From Sphyrna mokarran (lineage: Eukaryota): DNA of 64,000 nt. Under the pieces are notes generated by a model. It did no database searches. It worked only from the letters and a program-made list of their open reading frames with translations, and was not told the DNA's origin. Shown piece after piece: positions 23,883 through 37,578 of this stretch. Within the stretch, counting starts at the first letter, position 1; every line of letters begins with the position of its first letter. The position numbers and the translations under genes were made by a program. The stretch spans positions 28,272,001 to 28,336,000 of the forward strand of contig JAGIQG010000003.1 in NCBI GenBank assembly GCA_024679065.1, given 5' to 3'.

Positions 23883-26289
23883 ATTGAATTGAAAGGCAAG
23901 ATCAGCTGTGCTTGTATTGAATGGCACAGCTGGTTTGACGGGCCATAAGGTCCAGTCCTGCTTACGTTTCTTGTGTTCTTATGAAAATCTGTTGTCCTGT
24001 GCAAGATAATCTGGATTTTTTTACCAAAGAAATTTCGGTAAACTTTACTCAAGTTTCATTAACCCACAGTGGAAAGTTGTTCAAAGTGATAACAATTGAG
24101 TTATCAGAGAATCCACAAAGATTGATAGCTTTGCAAATGAAACATCATATTAAAACTACTGGTGGTCTTTTGCGAATGGACTTAAGAAATGTTTTTTTTG
24201 GAACAGAGTATGGAAAGCTTTATTCTGCATCCAGTCTTTGCTCTATCTGATCAAATGTGCTTGATGCAGTTTGCTGAAGTGAGAAAGTGTTAAATTTTCC
24301 AGTGCTCACATTGAGAATAGTATCTTCATAAACCTAAAATTTTACCCCAAAACAAGGAAAAAGATAAAAGGAGAAATTAGAAGACCATTTGTTTCAAACA
24401 GCCCATCTTATTGTTAAAATCAAAGATTGTAGACGTATCCCTCCTATCATGGCACAAAATCCCAATCTCTCATGTTTCTGCTAGATCGTGTAAGATTTTT
24501 AAAAAAACATATTTAGCATCTTGACTGATTTTTACCTACCAAATCTTGATTGTAGATATGCAAGTCTATAATGCATTTTGATTAAAATTGAAAATATTTA
24601 AAATATACATGACAAAAATGCTGTAGATGTTAATTTAACTCACCTTTGACTAATCTATAGATTATATGGGGGCAGAGTATGTCCTGGCAATCAATTTTTG
24701 CATCATTTTGCATTCAAGCACTGTAAAGGTCTAGCTAAATCGTAAAATTAATTAGCTATATAAATGCCTGAAATATGCTATTGTCATGGTACCTTTTGTA
24801 AAATTTGTTTTTTTTTATGAAATCACTTTACTTAATCATTTAAAATATTTCTGATCACTGAATTAATAGTTTGCAGCCTGTTTTTAGATATTCATTGACA
24901 TAGGTGATTGCCTCTTAATTACTACACTGCCCTTACTCCATTCATTCTTATTAATTCATGTTTTTCTGGCACAGTCCCAAAAGGCAGCCTTTCCCTATAT
25001 CTTCTAATTACTTCTGTAATTGAATTTGCCCACTTTTTCCAACCTATTTTTTAAAGTGACTGTGTTTGTTCATGGGTTTATTGTCTCTCTTTGTGTCTGC
25101 TCAGTTCAGACAGAGCATACATTGATTCCTTTCTCATTTCTCATTAATTTTTCAGGGTCTTGCAGTGCGTCTTTCTCACCCTGTCAAATTGAATGCTTGA
25201 GAAAAATAAGGGCCTGCTTATTAAAGGTTAGGCAAAACAGACTGAAGTTAATTAATTCATTAGTAACTCTAAGCCAATTACTGTAGCCTTCTCTTATTTT
25301 TACACTTGTTAACGAGCCAGAGATGGGAAGAGCTAATTAAACAGACATTTATTTATGTCAAGAATCATATAAAAATTGCCCAGTGGGGGTTGTTTACATT
25401 TATATTTATAAATTAGCTTTGGAACAGTTTTCATAATAGCTTGGAAAGAGCAACTCCCATATAAAAGATGGCTTCAGGGGTTAGATACATTGTAAGAGGC
25501 TAAAACATTTGGTATGCATCAATGCCTTTTAATTATGGTGTTCTACATTTAAATCCAATACAGGAATGGCTGAATTAGAGAAAAAAAATCACTGAAGATT
25601 GTTAAAAATCTCAATTGAAATGAGCCTCAGATAGATCACACCAGGCAGGATTTCAGACTGGTATAAGTGCTGGGACCGTGGAAGTGTCATGATAAAGAAG
25701 AAAACCCAGTAGGATGTAAGGACAGAAATTGTAGTGTTATTGCTTTAACCTGGTTGTAGAGGGTGGGCAGGTATAGAAATACAGAAAACAGGTAAAACAG
25801 CAACGAAACCTTTCCATGTAATTTAAACCACTGATTTAATAGAGTTTATGGTAAAACAGATTGTGTCTTGTGTGAAAGAAATAATATTTGACAGAATGGT
25901 GTTTTCTTGTGCTTTCTGTTTGCACAATTTACACTGCAAATGATCCAGATTTAGATTTGGGCATTCTGGTTCCAATGTACAGAGTGTGGTAACACCATAT
26001 AATTGAACAGTAGTTCCTGATGCTATATTGAGAATTAAATTGCTGTAATTTGGAGGGTAGCTCAGAGGAGCGAAAAGCATGTAGTGAGATATCAGGCACA
26101 AGTGACTAACAGCCAGGCCAGAGGATAAGGATAGCACAGAGGATGAGATTGCATAGAAGTTCTGCCCTTAAGAGTAAGGACTTCGATAGGATTGACTACA
26201 GAAGAAATCTGACGGATATGTGCATATGTACATTGAAATGTTTGGTGTATTGGTAAGCCTATCAAAATGCCTGTGTTCATTGTCAAGGA

Positions 26290-26500
26290 GCATGCAGGAG
26301 TATAGAGGATCCCAATATACTTTCCAATACACCCTCATAGCTACAGTTCTTTATCCCATGAGTTATATTTGGGAATCTCCCTTGTACTCTCTTTAATGCC
26401 TTCACATCTTTCCTGAAATATAACGCTCAGAACAGGAAATAGATGAGGCCTAACTAATGCCTTATGCAAATTTAACATGAATCTCCTTATTTACTCTTCT
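26290..26500 (-). mobile_element. Old CR1 fragment
   Basis: accctcatagct, tactctctttaatgccttcacatctttcctg, gatgaggcctaact. Confidence 0.6.
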
Positions 26501-26519
26501 ACATCGGGGAAATCAAATA

Positions 26520-27090
26520 CAGACTGCTTTGCAGAACACCTGCACTCAATCCCCAAGCATGAACTCAATCTTCTAGTTGCTTGCCATTTCATTCGTTACC
26601 TTGCTCACATACATTTCTGTCTTCACCCTGCTACAATGTTCCAGTGAAGCCCATCTTATCTTCTGATTAACACTTTATAGCCTTCTGCACTTAAGGTCAT
26701 GAACTCTTTCCTCCATTTTTACCTCTTTTTTGCCAAATGCTAATTTGTATCTTGTTTTCTCTTTCATACTGGACTGACCTTTATTCTGATATTAACACCT
26801 ATTCTGGATCTCTGCATTATTTCTTTACTACAACGATTACCACTTTCTTTGTGTTTTGTTCCATTACATCTTTGGTATTTAACTTCCTTCATCCTCTAAT
26901 TCATCCCTGACCTTCCCTTTTGCTCCACATGATGATTCTCCCCTTATCGAAAAGCATAAAACCCACCATAATTTGATCTATCTTCAGTTCCAAAGAAGAG
27001 TCATATTGGATCCAAATCATGAACCCTGTTTCTTTCTCCACAAATTCTGTCAGTCCTGCTGAGATTTTCCCACATTTCATGTCTTTATTC
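26520..27090 (+). mobile_element. Penelope-like element 3' part (GIY-YIG C-terminal remnant plus pLTR)
   Basis: gttgcttgccatttc (VACHF-like), catcttatcttctgatta (HLIFRL-like); pLTR gaagagtcatattgga...tttctttctccacaaattctgtcagtcctgctgag. Confidence 0.7.
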
Positions 27091-28075
27091 TAATCCGTTA
27101 ACTTCTGTTTTCTGCTCATTGACCAACATCCTGTCTATGCTGTCATAATTCTTTTTAATATTTCATGCTGTACTTTTACCAAAAAATGTCCTGAGCACCC
27201 TATCAATGTCAAATTAGATGAACTCTTATGTGATTCTTCATGTACACTGTGCGTATTTCTCTTGCTGTTGCAAGTTATTTAAGTTCTCTATTAATCAAAT
27301 TCAATAATCCACCCAACGTTTTGTGAATAGAAACTGTGAATTTATCATACAAGCATTCCTTAATTTAAACTTTCCAACTGGAATTACGACTTACACACTT
27401 ACGTAATACTACTACTGAAGTTAATGAAAATCTAATACAAAATAGAGCACTTTGATGTACATTTATGATTTTGCACTTTTCGTGCAGAGATTTGTGTAAC
27501 AAGATCGCAAGTTGTGTATTATCGGATATTGAAATTGATTTGAAGTCCCAATGATTTTCTATTCAATTAAGAATTTTGTAAAAGGGAAAACCATGTGGGC
27601 ATAAATCAGGATTCTGATCTCCAAGCATGAAATTCTAATTTACACTCTCAAGACATTCCACTATGCACCAGTGGTGTAAATCATATACTTTGACCAGCAC
27701 CTGTATTTGCACTTGTGTTATGATATAATTTTAATTTGTTCCATATAAAAACAAGTACATTTGATTTACTATGTTATATTATTGGGTGTCAGAAGCAGAG
27801 CAGAAACTATCAGCTGTTCAAAGCAGGTAAATTCCATTAGGTTCAAGAAGCACATTTTTTCGCTACTTTCAACTTTGCTTATCCAGAGTCTCAACATGGA
27901 ACAAACAGAGATTTACCAGACTTGTTCTTCATGAACCAATTTACAATTTATTGCAGTTAGTCAATGGAAGAGCTATTTTCTCTCCTTGGATAAGAGAAAA
28001 TTGAAAGGAGATTTAACAGAGGTGTTCAAAATCTAATAATTACTCCAAATTTGCAGATGACACAAAGCTGGATAG

Positions 28076-28390
28076 TAAGCTTTGCATTTTGCACTCATCA
28101 GAACAATTCACAGGAATCCCAAAAGTAAAGGAAACAACAATTTATGCTGTATGAAAAGACAGTGCTGATTACCTGGCAGGTGAATTCTGATTGTTAGAGG
28201 TGTTGCCATTAAGAATGCACCAGTTGATGATGACTGACAGTTAACTGCCAAGCATAGTTTGAGATTTAAACAAAGAAGCTTGATGGGTTAAAGCATTGAC
28301 TGGAGGAATGAATCAGCAAATGCCCATCACTTATTTTGTTTAGGTGAAACAGCTGCAATGTGCATATGTGTTCTTTTTCTGTGAAGTAAT
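28076..28390 (-). mobile_element. Penelope-like remnant (third family) with a degenerate hammerhead
   Basis: Minus strand reads CTGATGA-GTGCA aaa TGC-AAAGCTT at 28101-28077. Confidence 0.5.
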
Positions 28391-31300
28391 ATGACAGTCC
28401 AAGTCTCAACTGCTGTGATAGTTTGTTATACATTTTGTTAGGGGAAAAAAATCAAAGAATCAAATGCAAAATTGGCTTTTGGCTTAGTTGTTTCTTCCAT
28501 AGTGATTCTCTTCCATAAGCAAACTCTTAGGACAAAATTTTCAAATAGCCACAAAGACAGGAAGAAGTCAATTCCCACATCTGATGGCATGCAGATCACC
28601 TACCATGGTTTTGCTTATTGGCCATTTTTGTTCTGGGGGAATGGAATATTGGAGGCAGTAGTGATGACTGCCATCTCGCAAATGATGGGTAACTCATTGA
28701 GGCAATCAAAGGGTCTATTAAGGCCTATTCCCAAATGTTGACTGGAGGCAGCATTCCATCAATCTAAAGAGATATCACTCCCCATCCCACTCTGCCCTAG
28801 CCATTGGGCCAAGCAATGGTTCCTAGCTGCCAAGTAAAGCAATTGTCCCTCCATGAAGATGGCCAGGGAGCTATACACTCTTTGATGTTAAAAGATTTTA
28901 ATATTTCTTCAGAGGAAATTTCCAATTTCAGGCTACCCTTTCTTTTGCCTGGCTGCATTGACAGCTCCCATTTTTTTATTTGCAAAGCCTTCTATTGGCC
29001 CTCCAGGTTTAGGATCCCACCTGCTATCTGTAATTGAATGAAGAGCGCACACCCTGGCCACTATCAAAAATTATGTTGCAAGCGTCAGCAGGAAATGCAA
29101 TATGGGTTCAGACATTCACTCAATGTCACAGCTCCTGACCCAGAACAAAGATTTAGCCCTTGTTGCCACTAATCATTACCTGATTTACCACCTCTTCCTT
29201 TTTCTTTGAACTCTGTAGTTTTTTACATTATGGAAATACAGCCTTCCCAAGACTACTGTATTTTTTTAATATGTTCTCCCACTTGCCTTGGCTCTTTTCA
29301 ATACCATTTCCCAGCACTGCTCTTATCAGGACACCAAAAATGGCATTTTAAATGCAATTACTGTAATAGCCTACTGAAAATATGGTCACAGCAAAACAAA
29401 TTGCATGTACATCTTTGTGCTAACGATGGAAGTTTGTCCTGTGCTTTTTGAAAAGTTAACAACATTTCCATGGCAAAAAAAACATAGATTCTATAACAAA
29501 AAATGTTTGACTAAATTATTAATGAAAGCCTCCTAGAATCTCCACTAGTGTAGACCAGAACTGTATTCAATGAAGAAATGAATAGTTTCTTCATTACTAT
29601 GAAGAAAAGAATACTTTTCTTCATAGTAAAGGCAGGCAGCCTTGAACATGATAGTCTAGTTATTGCTTTGGAAGACTGCAATTTGGTGAACATTTCTTTC
29701 TGAATTTTATTTGGTGACTAAACTATTTATTTTCACCATGATTTAAACCTTCAAGCCCCATAATGTGAATCAATCAACAACACGTTAGATGCTCCAGAGA
29801 CATGAGATTCACATTGGCTATCTGCAGGTTTGGTTCACACAGGTGTCCATCATTCCAAACTGATATTATTGCAAACAATTCTGCTAACTCCCAACTGAAA
29901 CAATAGAAGCAGTGCCACACTGTGGTAGGATGCTTCTTGTTGAGGTGGGGGGAAGCGGCGGGGAGAGAGATCTGGTGTGGTTAGTCCTGCTGTAACTCCG
30001 GATTACGTTAACAAACAGGGAACAGAATTGATTGTGGTCATAGGTCTCTGTACCCTAAATTCTCCTGCCTCCAAGTTTAAAGAACCTGTAACTAACATGT
30101 TCACGATTTATGGATTTTTTTTTAAAATCTGGAGTTAACACTGTGAAATATCAAAAATTAATGCTGTATATTTGTAATATTGCATGAAGTAAATGCTAAG
30201 CAACCACGTTGGCTGTATACTTAAAATTATTGACTGTTGATTAGTTAAGAGATTAAGTAATGAAAATACAAAATTGTACTAATTCTCGTGTTACTTGAAA
30301 CGATCATAGTTCTTGAGATTAATGTCTTAGTAGCACTGAAATCTTAAGTACTGTAGGTATCACTCTGCTATCCTTTGGATCATAGTGATGCCTTGCTATC
30401 GCAGCTTTGTATGGTCACCTACCACTTGTGTCTCAAACCTGCTCTTAGTGCACTGACAATTTCCTGCCCCACTGATGAACCTGGAGGACACATTGTTCCC
30501 TTGTCAGGAGTCATTATCTCAGCAATTCAGTTAAATTTCTCTTCATTTTGACAGTTTGTCTTTCAAACTTTCTATGCTTTCATTGATTTGTTTTCTCCTG
30601 TTCCTTTCTTCTCTTTTGTTTCCTTATCATAGCTTCAGGTTATTACGTGCAAAGTATTGATGGAACTGGATGGCTTCAGTCGATCGGGAGCTAATGCATC
30701 CCTAATCCTGTCTTTGTTACAGAGGAATGTTCTGCTTGGGTCTCTGATGGGGAAATAGGTGCAAAGCTGTTGATCCTGGTTTTATTTGTCAGAAACCCAT
30801 GCATCAATCAAATACAAACCCAGCTGAGTGTTGAAAGACATGGGGTTTCAGCTGAAGAAATTTGATAACAGTCTATTGTCAGGCTGTACGTTCACTTTTC
30901 GATGAGAAATACATTTGACTGATGTAGATAAGAATAGAAGGGTTGCAGAGGTGAAGAGAGAACTGACATACATGATACCAGAGGTAGAGATGCTTCACTA
31001 CTGTGCAATGTATGTGTAAAATCAAGTATTACCATGTCGAAATGTGGGCTTTGACTTCTGGGTTCAAGTAAAATACATAGTGACTGAAAGGAAAGCTGCA
31101 TAAATACAGCACCGATATGCTGGCCACCAGGATCACACGCAGTGCTGATAACTGTAAGACAAACCAGAAGTAAGCATGTTATTATTAGTGCTCAGTGAGC
31201 TTCATGAAGGGCTGTTGCTATCCATTTTAAAAAAGACAATTGCTATGTTTTAACCCTTAAGCAAGCGCTGTGAAATAATTCTTGCAGCATATTAGTTTTC

Positions 31301-34047
31301 TTAATAAAATTTGTTATTCAAGAATTGTGAACTAAGAAGTGATTTATGTTTTATATATATTTCTACTTCATAAGAATCATTGTTAGAAAACAAACACAAA
31401 TTGTCTTTGCAGATGGTAAATGAAAAAAATACTGATTTTGGATAACAGAAAGAACGTGAAAATTAACAGATAATGTTGAATTTCTATTAATTCTCAAGCT
31501 AGCTGTTGTTTGTTTTGAAATGAGATCTTTTCTCTCCCAAATCATGGTTCTCATCTAAAACATTTAGATCAACTGTTAAATCTGCAGTTGAAAAATTGGT
31601 CCAAAGTAATTATAAAATGTATCATTCAAGAGCTGTAATGATCAATGTGAAAGACCTTAGGCGTAAAACAAAAATAAAATTTCAAGATTGTGCTCAGTAT
31701 TATCTCAAAGTCAAAAGAAATAAATTGAATTATTAGCATTTAGTGGAACTCAGCACCTTGTACAGAATGCTTGTTATGCACTGATAATTTTATAATACAT
31801 TTGCTTTACTTTAATACGCAAAGTAATAGGGCCTAAATAATGATTAAGATTTCAATTGATTATAAGCATTTGATAAATTGAGCATTTTTTAGAAATCTAT
31901 TTTTATTAGTTCTATTCTTAGTTTCCTTATGAGGACAAAAGCATTATATATGTATAATGAGTTATTATACAAACTTATATTTAGTTTGATTTTGTAAGAT
32001 TATTTTACTGATTTTGCAGGCATGGATGAGACACAACAGTTTTGTATTGTCAATAAATATAACTGAGAGACAATTGAACCAATAGTTCCATGATTATCTC
32101 CTAACTCACTCTACACCACAGTCAGAAGGACTAATGTTTTATAAATTTTGATTATTTCTACCATTGCACTGACAAGTTATAGTTCCTATGTCAAAATAGC
32201 ACTTTAACCATAAACTTTGAGATATTTTTGTAAATGTTTGGAACTAATTTTATGTCGAGAAAAAAATGTAGTAATATTCATCTAAATTATCTGATAAGGA
32301 CATTTTCTTGATGTTTACTGCAATACCTCCTGTCGAGCTCAAAATGCTATACAAAATACATCCTGTACTTAATGGTGACTTTTATTTTTTCACCTGTGGG
32401 AAGCAGATTTTAGATTGTTTACTACAATTTCTGAAGAATTTCTGAAGACATATCTTTCTATGTTGTTGTCTCTCTGTTCCAAACATTTCTGCCAGTCATA
32501 AATCTGTTAATATTCCCACTTTGGCCCTATTTGAATTATATTTTCAAATGAAGCATAAATATCAAGTTTCCTAATTTAAACAATGCAATGTAAGTGTCAT
32601 TAAAGCTTAAATTGTGAATCAACTCACAATCAATTATAGTACTTAATTGATGTCTTTTTTTTGGATTTCCTTTCAACTTATCTGTACCAAGCTCCCTCTT
32701 TCATGAGCTGAAGTAAAGGGATATCTTGCTATAGAACTGACAATGATGAAGAGAGTTGCCTGGGTTAACCTCAAGCATCCCAAAATAGCCTATTAAACTG
32801 ATGAAGTACAATCAACTTGTTCATTAACATTTTTGAATGCAATTCATGTATATGTCATTTAGACAACCTATGCCTTTTGGTCTTGTACTTTTTTAATACA
32901 AACACCTGATCCCATTTTTTCTTGGTTCGCACTTGTAACTTGGAGCTGTGGGAGTTTTGTCAGTGTCTAATTAGGCATCTAAGCCCATAGTTGTAACTGT
33001 TAAAATGGAATGCAAAAGCACTTCAAATTCCTCTCTAATCAATGGCTTCAATACAGAATTCTGTCCATGAACAAAGTTGAAACACACTCAGTAAAGAAGG
33101 AACTAAATTACCTTTATATCGCATTTATACTACAGTGAATCTAAGAAGTGTCAAAACAAAACAGTGTGAGACTATTTGCTCCAGGAAGTCTCACACATCT
33201 TCTCATCGAAGTCAGATTGTTTCCTAACTCTGAATTTATACTAAAGGCAGAGTTTTTTGTGTCCTTGTGGATAGGTTCATAGATAAAGGGCCCATGAAAT
33301 CCTATTGGTGACTCTCATGTTTCTTATTCACCCATCCTGACTTGGCCACAATTTAGCCAGACAGCCTGCCCACCTTTGCACCGATTGAAACCAATTAATA
33401 GCCACTTAAGGAAGTCTTCCCACCCAGTGACAATTTTTTGCCTGACAAGAGGCGGTCAGCAAAGGGTGGGAAACCTGGCAGGGAAGCTTACTTTGGTCTC
33501 AAGTGGGAAATTGGGGCAGGAGGGCATTTTCTTCACAGGTCCCTTTTTTGGATCGGCACCCCCCCGCCCCCCCTCCCCTCAAAGCCTGCCCCAGTCACAG
33601 GTGTCCCCTCTCCCATAGCCTGTGCACACCAATCCTACCACCTGTGGCACTGATGGGATCAGATTCTCTGGTAGATCCTGGAGGCTGGGCCTTCTCCCCT
33701 AAATGAGGGCAGAAGGTACATCTCAAGTCAGTTAACATTCCTCAAGATATTAAATGGCTGAGGGACATTCACCAGAGTGAGGGCGAGTTTTGTAGTGACT
33801 TTAGCAATAGCAAGACAGGAAAACTAGCCAGGTGTAAGTTTAGATTCTCTGCAAAGCCTTTGACATTGATCCATTAAAGACCTCCAATGTCAAATTAATT
33901 TGTTAATGAAACACTGTGCCACTGTATCATAATGTAACAATATCAAGTATTTGCAGATCAACCAATTTCTGATTCTATGTTTTCTGATTCTAACTCAGTT
34001 GGATGGAGAGCTGCAGTAGGGTTTAATGACCATTTATGAGGTAATTC

Positions 34048-34398
34048 ATAGTGGCGCATTGGTTGGCACTGCTACCTTAGAGTACCGGGGACTTGTGTTC
34101 AATTCCAGCCTTGGGTGACCATCCGTATGGAGTTTGCAAGTTCTCCCCGTGTCTGTGTGGAGTTCCTCTGGGTTCTCAGGTTTCCACCCACAGTCCAAAG
34201 GTGTGCAGGTTAGGTAGATTCACCGTGCTAAATTGCCCCTTAATGTCCAAAAATTTGTAGGTTAAGTGGATTACCTTTGGTAAATGCATGGCGGATAAGG
34301 TGGGGAGATAGGCCTTGGGTAAGATGCTCTTTGGAGAGTGAGTGCAGACTTGATGGACCAATCAGTCTCCTTCTGCAATGTCGGCATTCTATGATTCT
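34048..34398 (+). mobile_element. HE1-type V-SINE, full length
   Basis: Head gtggcgcattggttggcactgc...gttcaattcc; V-domain ggagtttgcaagttctccccgtgtctg; HER1 tail tgatggacc...ctccttctgca...attctatgattct. Confidence 0.92.
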
Positions 34399-34405
34399 TA
34401 ACTAA

Positions 34406-34740
34406 TTTTGATTTGATTTATTATTGTCACATGCATTAGTATGCAGTGAAAAGCATTGTTTCTTGCGTGCTATACAGACAATGTATACAGTACATAGAGA
34501 AGGAAAGGACAGAGTGCAGAATGTATTGTTACAGTCATAGCTAAGGTATTGAGAAAGATCAGCTTAATACAAGTTAGGTTCATTCAAATGTCTGATGGCA
34601 ACAGGGAAGAAGCTGTTCTTGAGTCAGTTGGTTTGTGACCTCAGACTTTTGTATCTTTTTCCTGATGGATTAAGATGAAAGGGAGCATGTCCAAGGTGTG
34701 CGGGTCCTTAATTATGCAGGCTGCTTTTCCGAGGCAACAG
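34406..34740 (-). mobile_element. Rex1/Babar 3' end
   Basis: tttgatttgatttattattgtcac...gggaagaagctgttcttgagtc. Confidence 0.85.
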
Positions 34741-35061
34741 ATCCTTCTCATTTTCCAAATTTCCTTGTATTTTTTCATCTCTTATGGATATCAATATAAG
34801 TAAAAATTAATTCCATGGGTGCAAAAGGTTTCTAGTATTTTGTGTGAATGGCATTCTTTATGTGTGAACATGAACAATGAATGAAGATATCATTACCCTA
34901 TATCTAACTAAAAATTCATAGGGTTACTTGGAGACCACTGGATCAGAAATGAAAACTTTAGCTAGCTAACTTTTTTCCTAATCTTGGCACTCTAAAATCA
35001 AGATTAGCTAATTTACCACTGACCCATGAACAAACCTCAGTTTACATCATTGAATACATGA

Positions 35062-35256
35062 TTAGTTTAGCTCAGTTGGTTGGACAGCCAGTTTGTGATG
35101 CAGCGTGGGTTCCATTCCTGTACCAGTTGAGGTTATCTTTCTCAACCTTGCCTCTCGCCTGAAGTGTGATGATCTTCAGGTTAAATCACCACCAGTCAGC
35201 TTTTCCTCCTCGAAGGGGAGAGCAGCCTATGGTCATCTGGGACAATAGTGACTTTA
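35062..35256 (+). mobile_element. Short tRNA-derived SINE
   Basis: A-box tagctcagttgg, B-box-like ggttccattcc. Confidence 0.7.
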
Positions 35257-36083
35257 AAATAGTAAATGATGCATTTCCACAGTGCCATTATTATTTCTTT
35301 AGCATTTAAATTGCACAAGTATATTGCACAATTGTTAGTTAATTCATATTCTGTTAGTGAATGTTGCCCATTGAATATCCTACTTTTTGAGTCTCCTATT
35401 TATATACAGAGCCATGGTTAGTAATAATAAGAAAAAGGCAATGTCTTTCAGCAAAGTGTTTTCTTTCACTTTACAAAAAGTATCATGGGTGTTGGTGAAA
35501 ACAATTACACAATGAAATAACATCCAATTCTGTCAATGTTACAATAAGCATTTAAAACAAAGTTGAAGAAGCACCGTAACTTCTGACCAGAACAGTTAGA
35601 ACTTCTGCTGTGGGTCAATTTCAACTGCAGGTGTAACTTCTTTTAAAATGCCTCTTTTGTGTTGATGCAGTTTGAGGTTTGCAATGACATTGAAGTGGTT
35701 GTATAACTTGAAAATCAGGTCAACAATCTGTGATTCAGGTGCCCTGAAGAGAATGATGTGACACCAATTTGAGTAGATAATCTTACATCAGTTAGAGTGA
35801 GCACCATGTAAAATGTATCTCCTATCTGTTGTGAAGCCACAATTTTAATACGTCCAGGAGGTCCACTAGATTTCCTGGAAACTTTCTAAACTTACCTTGT
35901 GTTGTTTTTAATGATAGGCGATAGTGGATATTCCTGTCCTCTCTCACACAACATACAGCTCCAAGAGCCTTTGTTACAAAACTAAAAGTGTAGGTTTCGG
36001 TTAGCTGTGTAGTTCTACTCTGCCATTTGTACATCACAATCTACAGATGCCAGATTCCTACATTGCAGGCTGTGGTATAACCA

Positions 36084-36219
36084 CAGTAAAGTTTTACAAC
36101 ACCAATTTTAAACCCAACCAATTTATTTGATAGTAAATCCGCGAGCTTTCGACACTATGCGCCTTCGTCAGGCAAATGCAGTGTTCTGATCTGCAGAGGC
36201 ACTCATATCCACAGACAGC
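36084..36219 (-). mobile_element. Penelope-like short insertion with 13-bp TSD
   Basis: ATAACCACAGTAA at 36077-36089 and 36220-36232; body matches the 63.3 kb unit. Confidence 0.85.
36137..36177 (-). ncRNA. Minimal type I hammerhead ribozyme motif, intact core
   Basis: Minus strand: ATTTGC-CTGACGA-A-GGCGC ata GTGTC-GAAA-GC-TC-GCGGAT. Confidence 0.85.
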
Positions 36220-37578
36220 ATAACCACAGTAACAGACTTCCTTAGTGACCAGTTCAGAACAGAGTTTTCATACCTGAGTTTTTACTGATTGAAGTCACTC
36301 AAGTCCTGTCCAAATGTGCTGGGTATATTCCTCCAGTTCTTCTGGAATTTGGCTGGTTGAAAATAATTATTGTGCCAAAAAGAATAATAATCACATACAT
36401 TTTGTTTATGGCTTGAGGTATAGTAAAAAAATGCTAAACTTTAAAGACTGCCAAATAGAATCCCAGAGGAGCTTTTCGATGTGAATCATTCCTTGCAACT
36501 TGCTCTGTGACTGACGTGAATTCATGGTCTAGTTGACTGGTCTGTAAACTAACTTATAGTTTTATGAAATATGAATAGCTTTGTATTCAGCAAGTTTCTA
36601 GGAGTTGGTCTTATTCTCTTGCTTGTGAAACAGCAAGTTAAAGGAGAGTTGTTCTGATGCAATGAACAACCTCAGAAAGTACGGAGACTGAAAAGTCGAA
36701 ACCAGTTTGATGAGAGAAAATCTTTTCAAGAGGAAAAAGGAATGAATTGTGAAATTCTTTGTTTTGGGAGGACCTGGCTTTATACTTTCAGCTATGGTAC
36801 ACCTGGTAAAGCATTTCTTCTGACAGCCAAGAAAACCAAAATATTCAAATCAGGCAAAGTGTTTACTTGGCATCAGTGTCCAGTGGGCCTGGTAATATAT
36901 AATCTACTCATTATTTTCAAATCAAATCCACAATTTTATTTACCACATTGCATATATTGATATGTATAGGTTTAGAAGCCAATTAACATTTACAAGTATG
37001 TGATCTATGTTTTATAAATAGTTCATATATCATATCCAATAAAAATATTACATTTCAATTTAAGTTCTAAGAAAACTATTAGGATGACCTACAAATTCAT
37101 CCCAATTAGAAAAAACAGCCAGAAGGCAAAAAACTCTCAATATCGCCACACTTATTTTCTGTCCCTTTTTTCAATGACCAGGGGCTAAAAATTTTTTTAA
37201 AAAGTCTATATATGAGTGCTTTGTATTTGTCTGACAAATTATACATGCTTGGCTGCTCCATTGTATCTGTCCCATATACTAGACGATATAATAAAGAAGT
37301 AGCAGCCAAACATTACTCATATACTTAATTTTTAAGCAGTTAAAAGAGAACTTGAAGAGTTCAAAAGGACTGAACTAAGGTAAAGTGTTGCTTGATGATA
37401 TCACAATATGTGTAAGATGTTCTTGTCAACCTTTTCCATTGTAAATTCCAATATCCATTGGCAGCATTCATGAAGAGAGGAATTTGAGTTGAATATTAAT
37501 ATTTTGAGTGGAATATAACTCTGGCAAGCTGGTGAATTAAGTTCTGAACAAGAGTTATATTTGATTCAAAACATTAAA

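Larger units (their letters stand above)
18560..23983 (+). mobile_element. Decayed near-full CR1 (ORF1 end to 3' tail) with nested MITEs and a Rex1
   Basis: ITETW- and SDHN-like endonuclease remnants; IFQNALDSRMLPLNWKLANVTPLFKK; tail gacgggcc...cttgtgttcttatg. Confidence 0.85.
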
